From Candidatus Limnocylindrales bacterium (GTDB lineage: Bacteria > Chloroflexota > Limnocylindria > Limnocylindrales > CSP1-4), in the NCBI GenBank assembly GCA_051306295.1, contig JBPPMZ010000088.1, positions 7,728-71,727 of the forward strand: DNA of 64,000 nt, in the 5' to 3' direction. The position numbers and the translations under genes were made by a program. This document shows, in pieces, positions 34,306 through 43,164 of this stretch (its first letter is position 1; each line of letters opens with the position of its first letter). The notes under the pieces were generated by a model. That model ran no database searches and was not told where the DNA came from. It saw only the letters and a program-made list of their open reading frames with translations.

Positions 34306-35709
34306 TCAGCGTGGGAGAGCGGCGATCTCGTCGAGCGTGCGGACGATGGCCCGGATCGCGCCCTCGTAGTTCGCCAGCGACATCCACTCGTCCGGGGCAT
34401 GCGCGTTCTCGCCGGGTTGCGAGAAGCCGAGGAGGACGACGGGCAGACCCAGCACTGATGCGAAGCTGGCGGTCACCGGGATGCTGCCACCCTCGCGGAC
34501 GAAGACCGGCGCCTGGCCGAAGACCGCCTCCAGGGCCCGAGCGGCCGCCTGGGTCACCGGGTGGTCGAGCGGCGTCAGGCTGGCGCGACCGCCGCCCAGC
34601 AACTGGACCGTGACGGTCACGCCGGGCGGCGCGACCTCCTCGACGAAGGCGTGTAAGCGCTCGAAGATGAGATCCGGGTCCTGGTCGGCGACGAGGCGGC
34701 AGCTGACCTTGGCGTGCGCGTGGGCCGGGATGATCGTCTTCGCGCCGCTTCCCTGGAACCCGCTCCACATCCCGTTGACGTCCAGGGTAGGACGGGTCGC
34801 GCGCCGCTCCAGGGTGGAGAACCCGGCCTCGCCGACCAGCGCCGTGACCGGGATCGAGGCCTGATAGGCCGCCTCGTCGAACGGTAGCGCCGCCATGGCC
34901 GCACGCTCGTCGTCGGCCAGGGCGACGACCTCGTCGTAGAAGCCCGGGATCCGGATCCGGCCGTCCGGCCCTTTCAGCGCGGCGATGATCTGGGCCAGCG
35001 CGTTGGCCGGGTTCTGGACGGCCCCACCGTATCCGCCCGAGTGCAGATCGACCGGCGATCCGACGACATCGATCTGGGTGTACAGCAGCCCGCGCAGGCT
35101 GACCGTGATGGCCGGCAGGTTGCCCTCGAAGAAGCCCGTGTCGCTGATGATCGCGGCGTCCGCGGCCAGGCGGTCCTTGTTGGCTTCCAGCCAGGCCGCG
35201 AGGTGGATCGACGAGCTCTCTTCCTCGCCTTCGAACACGTATTTCACGTTGACCGGGAAGGCGCCGCGGGTCGCCGTGATTGCCGCCGCGGCCATGACAT
35301 GGGCGTGGACCTGGCCCTTGTCGTCGGCGGCGCCGCGGGCGAGCATCCGGTCGCCGTGAATGACCGGTTCGAACGGCGGCGAAGTCCACAGATCCAACGG
35401 ATCGACCGGCTGCACGTCGTAATGCCCGTAGATGAGGACCGTAGGGGCGCCCTCCGCGTGCAGCCAGTCGCCGTAGACGACCGGGTGGCCACCGGTCTCC
35501 GCGACCTCGACGTGCTCGACGCCGGCGGTCGTCAGGGCTTCCGCGAGCCACTCGGCGGCAGCCCGGACGTCCGGAGCGTGCTCGGGCAATGCCGAGATGC
35601 TCGGGATGCGCAGGAAGGCCTTGTAGCTCTCCAGGCGGGCGGCATGGGTCGCCGCGAGATGCTGCTCGAGGGCCGTGTCGGTCGCGGTCGTGATGGTGGT
35701 GTCGGTCAT
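34306..35709 (-). CDS. M20-family dipeptidase / peptidase
   Basis: FLRIPSISA...VLIYGHYDVQPVDPLDLWTSPPFEP...RGAADDKGQ... and ...FEGEEESSS are the M20 metal-binding motifs. The RBS AGGAGA lies 5 nt before the ATG. Confidence 0.85.
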   Translation of the reverse strand: MTDTTITTATDTALEQHLAATHAARLESYKAFLRIPSISALPEHAPDVRAAAEWLAEALTTAGVEHVEVAETGGHPVVYGDWLHAEGAPTVLIYGHYDVQPVDPLDLWTSPPFEPVIHGDRMLARGAADDKGQVHAHVMAAAAITATRGAFPVNVKYVFEGEEESSSIHLAAWLEANKDRLAADAAIISDTGFFEGNLPAITVSLRGLLYTQIDVVGSPVDLHSGGYGGAVQNPANALAQIIAALKGPDGRIRIPGFYDEVVALADDERAAMAALPFDEAAYQASIPVTALVGEAGFSTLERRATRPTLDVNGMWSGFQGSGAKTIIPAHAHAKVSCRLVADQDPDLIFERLHAFVEEVAPPGVTVTVQLLGGGRASLTPLDHPVTQAAARALEAVFGQAPVFVREGGSIPVTASFASVLGLPVVLLGFSQPGENAHAPDEWMSLANYEGAIRAIVRTLDEIAALPR

Positions 35710-35723
35710 GCGTTTCTCCTATG

Positions 35724-36766
35724 TCAAGCGGCGTGGGCCAGGCCGGCCGAGCCGGCGGCCTCGTCCGCTCGTAGACGACGGAACACCTCGTCGCTGAGCC
35801 TGCGGCGAAGCGCCCGGATGGCTTCGGTCCGGGTGTCGCCCGAGGCCTGTCGATGCTCGACATACGTCTTGCCCGGACCGGCCAGCCGGATCTGGGTGAT
35901 GGCGATCCGATGGAGGGCGGCGTTGAGCTGGCGGTTGCCGCCGCGGTTCAGGCGATGACGGACGATGTTGCCCGACCAGACCGGGACCGGAGCCGAGCCG
36001 TTGTGCCGGGCGAACGCCTCCTTGGACCGGAACCGGCTGATCCCGGCCGCCTCGCCGACGATCTTGGCCGCCGTCAGGGCGCCGCAGCCGGGCAACGCCA
36101 GGAGCGTCGGTGCCGAGGTCCGGACCAGGCCCTCGATCTCGCGCTCGAGAGCCCGGATGGTGCCGCTCAGCTCGACGATCCGGGCGAGCAGGCACGGGCG
36201 AAGCGGGCCACCGGCTCGGTCCGACCGACGAGCGCAGCGCTGAGCGCGGACTGGACCACTGCTCGACCCAGCGAACGCGGCGCGGGCTCGGCGACGGCCA
36301 GCTCGACGAGGAACCAGCGCAGGCGCTGTTCGTGGCGGGTCCGCTCGCCGACGAGGTCCTCGCGATGGTCGACGAGGAGGCGGACCTGGCGGTCGGGGCC
36401 GTCGAGCGTGGCGACCGGCAGGTCAGGCTCGCGCAGGACGGCGCGGGCGACCGCGAGGGCGTCGATCGGATCGCTCTTGCCCGGCTCCCGCCCGGAGCGA
36501 CGGGCCCCGGCCATCAGCTTGGGCGAGACCCGGACGACCGACTCGCCGGCCCGCACGAGCTCGGCGTCGAGCCGCCGCGACAGGTGGCGGCAGTCCTCGA
36601 GACCCCACGTCCGTTCGGGCCATTGCGCCGCCCAGCGGCGGAGCTCGAGGTGACCCGCGTCCGTCGCGGGGATCGTCTTCTCGGCCAGTTGGCGACCCGT
36701 TGCATCGATCACGACGATGGTGTGACTCCGCTTGTGCAGATCTGCGCCCAGGACGACCATGTCCAT
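35724..36766 (-). pseudogene. IS110-family DEDD transposase interrupted by a -1 frameshift near 36185-36195
   Basis: The N-terminal ORF 36167-36766 (MDMVVLGADLHKRSHTIVVIDATG...GKSDPIDALAVA) is the DEDD_Tnp_IS110 domain. The C-terminal ORF ends at 35724 (...LPGCGALTAAKIVGEAAGISRFRSKEAFARHNGSAPVPVWSG...NRQLNAALH) and is the Transposase_20 domain. Reading the C-terminal frame upstream gives the expected linker LLARIVELSGTIRALEREIEGLVRTSAPTLLAL, so a single-base shift separates the halves. Confidence 0.8.
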
Positions 36767-36960
36767 GTCTCCTCCTCATCCGAGGTGACCAAGGGCCGGT
36801 CGGCGGACACACCTGAGTCGGGGCGAAGCCACGCTCCTATCAAGTCACGCCGGCCGGTCCATCGAGTCTCACGGCCGGCAAAACGCATGGAAGCCACACC
36901 CGTCGGATGGGCAACGAGCCTATGAGCCAGACCGTGAGACGCGGAGAGGATGACACTCAC
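36767..36960 (-). ncRNA. Candidate IS110 bridge/guide RNA region (5' non-coding leader of the transposase)
   Basis: Non-coding, structure-rich leader. It has an 8-bp GC stem GCCGGCCG/CGGCCGGC at 36849-36879 enclosing a 15-nt loop. It also has a GTGAC...GTCAC pairing. An 11-nt split sense match to the right IS-chromosome junction is described in the findings. The call is by analogy with published IS110/IS621 bridge RNAs and is not demonstrated here. Confidence 0.3.
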
Positions 36961-37332
36961 CCCGAGTCTAGCGGCGTCGGGACGGAGCGGGACCGGTCGG
37001 GCGGGCGCGCGCGGGGCAGCGGGAGGCCGTGGCGGGGGCCCTGCGGAACACGATCGCCGAATTTCGGCATACAGCGGCGAGGCTGCTGCTAAGCCGGCTC
37101 CCTGTCTAGCCAACGACCGAATCTCTGGCCTATAGAGCCCCGGCGGCTGCTATCGACCTCGGACGACGCGCGGGCCGCCGAAATCGCCCTGAGCGTCGCG
37201 GTCACCTGGCCGCCACGCTGCTATCTGCCGAGACGCAGCGCCGGACCGCGTGGCGGGCCGCCCACGAGTCAGGCTGACCGCGCGGCTCCGGCCCCAGGGC
37301 GTCCCACGTCGCCCGCCCGGAATCGATCGCGC

Positions 37333-37350
37333 GGGCCGGAGGTCCGGCCC
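37333..37350 (-). terminator. GC-rich hairpin 33 nt downstream of the ftsH stop, a putative terminator
   Basis: GGGCCGG AGGT CCGGCCC: 7-bp stem, 4-nt loop. There is no clear U-tract, which is common in high-GC genomes. Confidence 0.35.
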
Positions 37351-37382
37351 GCTCGATGGGTCTGCGAGGGAACGTGCCCGGG

Positions 37383-39290
37383 TCAGGCCGGCTGCGGGTT
37401 CACTTCAGGAGTCGGCTGGCCCGGGCCGACCACGGTCGGGTAGCCATGGCCGCGTTCCTGGGACTTGGGCGGCAGATCGGTGAACAGCGTCTCGAACTCG
37501 GCCGCGTCCACGGTCTCTTCCGCCACGAGCTTCTCGGCCAGGGCCACCAGCCGGTCACGGTGGGTCGTGAGGACCTCCGTCGCCCGGTCGTAGGCCTTGT
37601 CGATGATCGCGCGGACCTCCTGGTCGATGGTCCGGGCGACCTCGTCGCTGTAGTCGCGCTGCTCGCCCATCGAGCGGCCCAGGAAGACCATCTCGTCGCG
37701 CTTCCCGAAGGACAGCGGGCCGAGCTTGTCGCTCATGCCGAACTCGGTGACCATGCGTCGCGCGAGATCGGTCGCCTTCTCGATGTCGTTGCTGGCGCCC
37801 GTCGTGGTGTCGCCGAAGATCATGCGCTCCGCGACGTTGCCGCCGAGCAGACCCGCGATCTTGTCCTCGAACTCGGTCTTGGACTGGAGGTAGCGGTCCT
37901 CCTGGGGCAGGGCCATCGTGTAGCCGAGGGCCATGCCACGGCTGATGATCGTGACCTTGGCCACCGGGTCGCACTTGGGCAGGATGCGCTGGACGATGGC
38001 GTGGCCGCCCTCGTGGTAGGCGATGATCGCCTTCTCGGCATCGCTGATGACCCGCGACTTGCGCTCGGGGCCGGCGATGATCCGCTCCAGGGCCTCCTGG
38101 AACTCGGACATGCCGATGACCTTCTTGTTGCGCCGGGCGGACAGGATGGCCGCTTCGTTGACGAGGTTCGCAAGGTCCGCGCCGGAGAAGCCCGGCGACT
38201 GCTTGGCCACGCCCTCGACATCGACGCCCTTGTCGAGCGGCTTGCCCTTGGTGTGGACGCGCAGGATCTCGGTCCGGCCCTTCATGTCCGGGCGATCAAG
38301 GATGACCTGGCGGTCGAAGCGCCCGGGGCGCAGGAGCGCCGGGTCCAGGACGTCCGGCCGGTTGGTCGCGGCGACGACGATGACGTTCGTGTTCGTGTCG
38401 AAGCCGTCCATCTCGACGAGGATCTGGTTGAGGGTCTGCTCGCGCTCATCGTGGCTGCCGCCAAGGCCGGCGCCGCGCTGGCGACCGACCGCGTCGATCT
38501 CGTCGACGAAGACGATGCACGGCGAGTTGCGCTTGGCCTGGTCGAACAGGTCGCGAACGCGGGACGCACCCACGCCCACGAACATCTCGACGAATTCCGA
38601 GCCCGAGATGCTGAAGAACGGCACGCCGGCCTCACCGGCCACGGCACGCGCCATCAGTGTCTTGCCGGTACCCGGAGGGCCCACCAGGAGCACACCGCGC
38701 GGGATGCGCGCTCCGAGCGAGTTGAACTTCTCGGGGAACTTCAGGAACTCGACGACTTCCTGGAGTTCGGTCTTGGCCTCATCGACGCCGGCCACGTCGT
38801 TGAAGGTCACGACCGTCTTGTTGCCCAGGAACATCCGTGCCCGGCTCTTGCCGAAGGACATCGCCTGGTTATTGGTGCCCTGGGCCTGGCGCATCATGAA
38901 GAAGATGAACCCGCCGATGATCAGGAGCGGCAGGACCGCGGTCAGGAGCAGGCCGAGCCACGAGGTATCCGGTGCCGGCACCGCGGCGTAGATGTCCGAG
39001 GCCAGGGTCTGGCCTCCTTCAGCCGCGGCTTCCTTCATATCGGCGAGGACATCCTGGAGCCCGATACCGGGCACCGTCACCGTGTAGGTGGCGCTGCCCT
39101 TGGTGACGGTCAGGGTGTTGCCCTGCTGCGAGACCTTGCTGACGGCCCCGGCCTTGACGTCGGACAGGAACTGGGAGTAACCGATCGGTACGGCCGGGGT
39201 GTTGGTCGAGAGGAAGGTGAACAGCAGGGCTGCGGTACCGACCACCAGGACCAGCATCACGATGCCGTTCCGGAAGAATTTGGGGTTCAA
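37383..39290 (-). CDS. ftsH: ATP-dependent zinc metalloprotease FtsH
   Basis: Two N-terminal TM segments. AAA+ Walker [19 protein letters not shown], then [10 protein letters not shown] and the SRH. The zinc site reads HEGGHA. The TTG start is preceded by GGAGG. Confidence 0.95.
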   Translation of the reverse strand: MNPKFFRNGIVMLVLVVGTAALLFTFLSTNTPAVPIGYSQFLSDVKAGAVSKVSQQGNTLTVTKGSATYTVTVPGIGLQDVLADMKEAAAEGGQTLASDIYAAVPAPDTSWLGLLLTAVLPLLIIGGFIFFMMRQAQGTNNQAMSFGKSRARMFLGNKTVVTFNDVAGVDEAKTELQEVVEFLKFPEKFNSLGARIPRGVLLVGPPGTGKTLMARAVAGEAGVPFFSISGSEFVEMFVGVGASRVRDLFDQAKRNSPCIVFVDEIDAVGRQRGAGLGGSHDEREQTLNQILVEMDGFDTNTNVIVVAATNRPDVLDPALLRPGRFDRQVILDRPDMKGRTEILRVHTKGKPLDKGVDVEGVAKQSPGFSGADLANLVNEAAILSARRNKKVIGMSEFQEALERIIAGPERKSRVISDAEKAIIAYHEGGHAIVQRILPKCDPVAKVTIISRGMALGYTMALPQEDRYLQSKTEFEDKIAGLLGGNVAERMIFGDTTTGASNDIEKATDLARRMVTEFGMSDKLGPLSFGKRDEMVFLGRSMGEQRDYSDEVARTIDQEVRAIIDKAYDRATEVLTTHRDRLVALAEKLVAEETVDAAEFETLFTDLPPKSQERGHGYPTVVGPGQPTPEVNPQPA

Positions 39291-39458
39291 GAGCTGGGGC
39301 CTCCGGGTGCGACGAGCGACGACCGTGCGCCGCCGAGTGGGTCGAGTATAGCGGTGGGGCGCGCAAGCACCCCCTGACGGAGGTCACCCCGTCATCCAAC
39401 CCTACGGACGGTCGAACGGGCCGGATGGCGACGGCGGGGAACGTAAAGGAATCGAAAC

Positions 39459-39480
39459 GGCCCTCCGGGTCCGGAGGGCC
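39459..39480 (-). terminator. Intrinsic-terminator-like hairpin downstream of tRNA-Met
   Basis: GGCCCTCCGG/CCGGAGGGCC is a perfect 10-bp inverted repeat. On the - strand it is followed by GTTTCGATTCCTTTACGTT, which is T-rich. It lies 20 nt after the tRNA 3' end. Confidence 0.5.
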
Positions 39481-39500
39481 GTCGACTGGACGCGACCGAT

Positions 39501-39575
39501 TGGTAGCAGGGACAGGATTCGAACCTGTGACCTAGCGATTATGAGCCGCTTGCTCTGCCACTGAGCTACCCTGCC
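39501..39575 (-). tRNA. tRNA-Met (anticodon CAU), elongator-type. A lysidine-modified tRNA-Ile2 cannot be excluded from sequence alone.
   Basis: The reverse complement is GGCAGGG TA GCTC AGTGGCA GAGC A AGCGG CTCATAA TCGCT AGGTC ACAGG TTCGAAT CCTGT CCCTGCT A CCA. It folds as a full cloverleaf with TTCGAAT in the T-loop and an encoded CCA. The anticodon stem lacks the three G-C pairs of an initiator tRNA. Confidence 0.9.
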
Positions 39576-39638
39576 ACGGCCGCGGGATTCTAGCGCGAAG
39601 CGTTGGCTGGCGCCAATCGCCGGATCGCGGGCCGATGG

Positions 39639-40526
39639 TCAGGCGAAGGTATCGCAGGCCCCGGGATCCCCGCTCTGGAAGCCGGTCGTCAACCACTGGG
39701 TCCGCTGTTCGGCGGAGCCGTGCGTCCAACCTTCCTTGTCGATGCGGCCGGTGGTCGCCTCCTGGATCCGGTCGTCACCGACCGCGGCCGCGGCACTGAG
39801 CGCCTCCTCGATGTCGCCGGCCTCGAGGTCGGACGCCTGCGAGTGGAGCCAGACGCCGGCCAGACAGTCGGCCTGGAGCTCCTGCTTGACCGACAGCTCG
39901 TTCTGCCGCGACGGATCCTGCTGGCTCTGGTCCTGGACGAGCTGCGATACGCCGGTCGCGGTCTGGATGTGGTGGCCGAACTCGTGGGCGATGACGTACG
40001 CGATCGCGACGTCGCCACCCTTGGCCCCGAAGCGCGTCGTCAGTTCGTCGAAGAAGCCGAGCTCCAGGTACACCTTCTGGTCCGAGGGACAGTAGAAGGG
40101 CCCCGTGGCCGCCGAGGCCGGGCCGCACGCGGACGACGTCCCCGCCTGGTCGAACAACACGAGCTTCGTCTCCGGGTAGTCGCGTCCGGAGGCCGTGAAG
40201 GTCTCACCCCAGAAGGCCTGGAGGTCGGAGACGACGAAGGCGACGAACTGGTCGGTGTCGGTCTTCGGGTCCAGGGTGCCGCCCGGTGCCGCGTTGCCGG
40301 GCACGAGCCCGCCAAGGCCGCTGCCGCCGCCACCCAGGATGCCGCTCGTCAGCAGGAACAGGACGACGACGATGATCAGGCCGCCGATACCACCGCCGGC
40401 CTTGCCGCCGGGGATCGGGATGGGCAGGCCGCCGCCGCTGCCGCCGAGCATGCCGCCGAAGCCGCCGCCGCCCTGGCCGCGGCGATCCTCGATCTGGTCG
40501 AAACCGGTATTGCGCTTCCACTTCAT
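39639..40526 (-). CDS. YpfJ-family putative neutral zinc metallopeptidase
   Basis: The start is at ATG 40526: MKWKRNTGFDQIEDRRG. It is followed by a Gly-rich segment, a TM segment and then ...GPFYCPSDQKVYLELGFF...IAYVIAHEFGHHIQ (HExxH). Confidence 0.8.
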   Translation of the reverse strand: MKWKRNTGFDQIEDRRGQGGGGFGGMLGGSGGGLPIPIPGGKAGGGIGGLIIVVVLFLLTSGILGGGGSGLGGLVPGNAAPGGTLDPKTDTDQFVAFVVSDLQAFWGETFTASGRDYPETKLVLFDQAGTSSACGPASAATGPFYCPSDQKVYLELGFFDELTTRFGAKGGDVAIAYVIAHEFGHHIQTATGVSQLVQDQSQQDPSRQNELSVKQELQADCLAGVWLHSQASDLEAGDIEEALSAAAAVGDDRIQEATTGRIDKEGWTHGSAEQRTQWLTTGFQSGDPGACDTFA

Positions 40527-40631
40527 GGTCTGGTCGCCCCTCTCGAACGCACTGGGGCCCCAGCGTAGCCCCTGGACGCTCGCATCCCGCATCGCAGGCC
40601 GGGCGCACGACCTTGCACGTGCATGACGGGC

Positions 40632-41150
40632 TCAGACGATCTCGTGCAGGCGCCCCGTGGCCACATCGAAGATCAGCCCGTGGACGGGCACGCTGCGCAG
40701 GAACGGGTGGGCTTCCAACCGGGCCACCTGCGCACGAACACTCGCCTCGAGATCCGGGAACGAACCGAACTCGATGGCGACGGCCTCGGGCGTCGTCTGG
40801 GCCATGTCGGCCACCTTGTCACGGAGGGCCACCTCGTCGGCGCCATGCAGGCCGCAGCCACTGTGCTGGATGACGACGATCTCATCCGTGCCCAGGAGCT
40901 GCTGGCTGATGATCAACGAGCGGACCACATCGTCGGTCACGATGCCGCCGGCATTGCGGATGATGTGCGCATCCCCGGTCCGTAAGCCGAGCGCCTCTTC
41001 GACATCGAGGCGCGCGTCCATGCAGGCCACGATGGCCAGCCCGGATAGCGGCGCGGCCGTCAGGGCAGACCGATCGAACGCGTCCGTATAGCGCTGGTTC
41101 TCGGCGAGCAGGCGCGCGTATTCGCTGCCCGCGTTGGACTCCGATGTCAC
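40632..41150 (-). CDS. Beta-class carbonic anhydrase
   Basis: ACMDARLD...IIRNAGG...VIQHSGCG carries the Cys-Asp-Arg ... His-x-x-Cys zinc ligand pattern of beta-CAs. Confidence 0.85.
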   Translation of the reverse strand: MTSESNAGSEYARLLAENQRYTDAFDRSALTAAPLSGLAIVACMDARLDVEEALGLRTGDAHIIRNAGGIVTDDVVRSLIISQQLLGTDEIVVIQHSGCGLHGADEVALRDKVADMAQTTPEAVAIEFGSFPDLEASVRAQVARLEAHPFLRSVPVHGLIFDVATGRLHEIV

Positions 41151-41172
41151 GATCGAAACACCCGCCCGGCCG

Positions 41173-43164
41173 TCAGGAGGGTGTGCCGCTGCCGTAGCGC
41201 TCGATCAGCTCCCCGATGGTGACCTGACCGAATCGGTCATCGAGCTGTTCGCGCGCGACGCGCCACATCGTGCGCAACGGCCGGGGACCGGCACGCTCCA
41301 GTTGCCCCAGCCGGATGTCGGCGAAGCGCGCGATCCCAGGCACGGAGCGCAGGTCGGACGCCAGCCGGCGAGCGGCGTCGTCGACGGTGGTCTGCCGGGT
41401 GAGCTCGGCACTCTGGAGGCGAGCCGGACGGGCTGGGCCAGCGGCCGTGTCGGTGCGTGGTGTGGCCGGGGCGGTCGCCGCCCGGATGGCCTTGTCCGCG
41501 CTGGCCATGGCCGCGTCCACGGCGGCCGCGTTCTCGAAGCGCGGCGGAGTGGCGGGCGCGGTGGATGCAGGGACGGCCGGGGTGGCTGCCGCCGCGCTGG
41601 CCGACGAATGCCTGGCCGGAGCCGGGATCGGCGTGGCCGAGTCCGCCTGCGCGGGACCGCCGCCCGGCTTGGGATTGCCACCGCCGGTGCCGCCGCCGCC
41701 GCGCGGGGAGGTCGACGGCCGCGCTCGGCCGCCGCCCGAGCCGCCTGACCCGCCGGAGCCACCGGAACCACCGGAGCCCGAACCGCTCGAGCCCAGCGCC
41801 TGGTTGAGGAGGTCGGGGATATCGATACCGGTCAGGCCCTTGACCGTGGCGCCGGCTTCCGTGACGGTCCGGGTCACGTTCTTGACCATGTCAGAGGCGC
41901 CCTCGCTGGACAGCACCGTCAGCGAATCGATGTGGCTCATCGGCTCGGCCGCCGCCCGGACGATGTCCGGGAGCATCGAGAGCACGGTCTGGATGATGGC
42001 TGCCTCGTTGAACTGGCGGTATGCCTCGGCCCGCAGGGCCAGGGCCTTGGCTTCCGCCTCGCCCTTGGACAGCACGATGCCGGCCTCGGCGTTGCCCTCC
42101 AGCGTGGTCTGCTTGGCCGTCGCCTCGGCGGTGACTTCGACGACCCGGGCCTGCGCCTCGCCGGCGAGCTTGACCCGTTCCGCTTCGCCCTGGGCCTGGG
42201 CGATCGCGGCGCCCTTGGCGCCCTCCGCCCGGCGGATCTGGGCGGCCGCCTCGGCCTCAGCGGGGCGGACGGTCGTGGCGACCAGTTCCTGCTCCTTGCG
42301 CGCGGCCTCCAACTGGGCCAGCTCGGTCTGCTTGCGGGTGACCTCCTGGGTCGCCTCGGCCTCGGCCAGCGGGCCGGCCTGCGCGGCCCGCGCCTGCGCG
42401 GCCTGGGTCTGGGTCTCGGTCTCGGCGCGGCGCAGGGCGACGTCGCGCTGGGCGTTGATCTTGACCTGCTCAGCCTCCGCCTCGCGAACGGCGGCCTCCT
42501 GGTCGGCCGAGGCCTTGGCCATCCGAGCGTCGCGCTCGCGGCGGGCCGTCTCCTGCTGGCCGATGAGGTCCATGTAGCCGGACTCGTCGCGGATCGCCTG
42601 GATCGTGAAGGAGTCGATCTGCAGGCCGGACGTCGAGAGGTCACCCTTGGCCGCGTCCTGGACGGCCTGCTGGAACTTCTGGCGATCCAGGTTCAGCTCC
42701 TCGACGGTCAACGTGCCGACGATCGAGCGCAGCGAGCCCTCCAGGACGTTCTTGACGATCGAATCGACCGCCTCCTCCTGGGATTCGAGGAACCGTTCGG
42801 CGGCGTTGCGGATGGACTCGTCGTCCGCGCCGATCTTGAACGTGGCCACGCCCTGCACGGCGACCTTGATGCCCTGCCGGGTGACGGCGTCGGCCAGGTT
42901 CACGTTGATCTGGCGGGCGGTCAGCTTGAGCTTGCCGACCTTGTGGACGAGCGGCAGGACGATGACCCCGCCGCCGCGCACCACCTTGAGGTTCTTGCGC
43001 CCGTCGGGCGATCGATCGCGCTGACCGGAGACGACCAGCGCCTCATTGGCGCCCGCGACCTTGTAGCGACTCCCGATGTAGCTGACGATCAGGACGACGA
43101 TGACGATGATCGCGAAGATGGGGATCACGCCCCCGCCGATGAACTCGAACACGCCGTCAAGCAA
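41173..43164 (-). CDS. Flotillin-like SPFH protein with a ~190-aa C-terminal extension
   Basis: TTG start 5 nt after GGGAGG. N-terminal hairpin anchor, SPFH domain (ANEALVVSG...GGGVIVLPLVHKV...), and a long Ala/Glu/Gln coiled coil (flotillin EA repeats). A (GSG)n linker, a Pro/Ala-rich region and a final ~90-aa segment follow. Confidence 0.85.
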   Translation of the reverse strand: MLDGVFEFIGGGVIPIFAIIVIVVLIVSYIGSRYKVAGANEALVVSGQRDRSPDGRKNLKVVRGGGVIVLPLVHKVGKLKLTARQINVNLADAVTRQGIKVAVQGVATFKIGADDESIRNAAERFLESQEEAVDSIVKNVLEGSLRSIVGTLTVEELNLDRQKFQQAVQDAAKGDLSTSGLQIDSFTIQAIRDESGYMDLIGQQETARRERDARMAKASADQEAAVREAEAEQVKINAQRDVALRRAETETQTQAAQARAAQAGPLAEAEATQEVTRKQTELAQLEAARKEQELVATTVRPAEAEAAAQIRRAEGAKGAAIAQAQGEAERVKLAGEAQARVVEVTAEATAKQTTLEGNAEAGIVLSKGEAEAKALALRAEAYRQFNEAAIIQTVLSMLPDIVRAAAEPMSHIDSLTVLSSEGASDMVKNVTRTVTEAGATVKGLTGIDIPDLLNQALGSSGSGSGGSGGSGGSGGSGGGRARPSTSPRGGGGTGGGNPKPGGGPAQADSATPIPAPARHSSASAAAATPAVPASTAPATPPRFENAAAVDAAMASADKAIRAATAPATPRTDTAAGPARPARLQSAELTRQTTVDDAARRLASDLRSVPGIARFADIRLGQLERAGPRPLRTMWRVAREQLDDRFGQVTIGELIERYGSGTPS

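Larger units (their letters stand above)
35722..36970 (-). mobile_element. IS110-family insertion sequence. Boundaries are inferred and approximate, about 1.25 kb.
   Basis: It contains the DEDD transposase gene plus ~200 nt of 5' non-coding leader. The trinucleotide TAG (minus strand) occurs both just outside the proposed right end (35719-35721) and at the proposed left end (36968-36970). A TTGACA box sits at the extreme right end (35722-35727). No terminal inverted repeats are present, as expected for IS110. Confidence 0.55.

Noticed and set aside
33497-35863. A 788-aa minus-strand ORF spanning the DnaB-like gene, the spacer and the M20 dipeptidase
   Set aside because: It is an alternative frame of two genes that each have strong motifs in their own frames. 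The predicted product is Arg/Pro/Gly-rich without motifs.
36965-36970. TAGACT hexamer in the IS110 left end considered as the -10 box that pairs with the TTGACA at the right end
   Set aside because: If TAG is the junction trinucleotide, TTGACA and TAGACT would be directly adjacent in the circle, which is the wrong spacing. A weaker CATCCT lies 18 nt downstream of TTGACA in the modelled circle junction. The promoter model is therefore unresolved and I did not annotate a -10.
36709-37135. 134-aa (minus) and 61-aa (plus) ORFs in the IS110 leader / ftsH downstream spacer
   Set aside because: They have no RBS and no motif, and their composition is Pro/Ala/Arg-rich. The region is better explained as the non-coding IS110 left end plus the ftsH 3' UTR.
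39345-39350. TATACT -10-like hexamer upstream of ftsH (minus strand)
   Set aside because: No acceptable -35 lies at 16-18 nt (only GGGGTG or TTGCGC at the wrong spacing). It is too weak to annotate as a promoter.
37356-39377. A 673-aa + strand ORF opposite ftsH
   Set aside because: It is antisense to a canonical FtsH. Its low-complexity product is rich in Asp, Leu, Gly and Arg.
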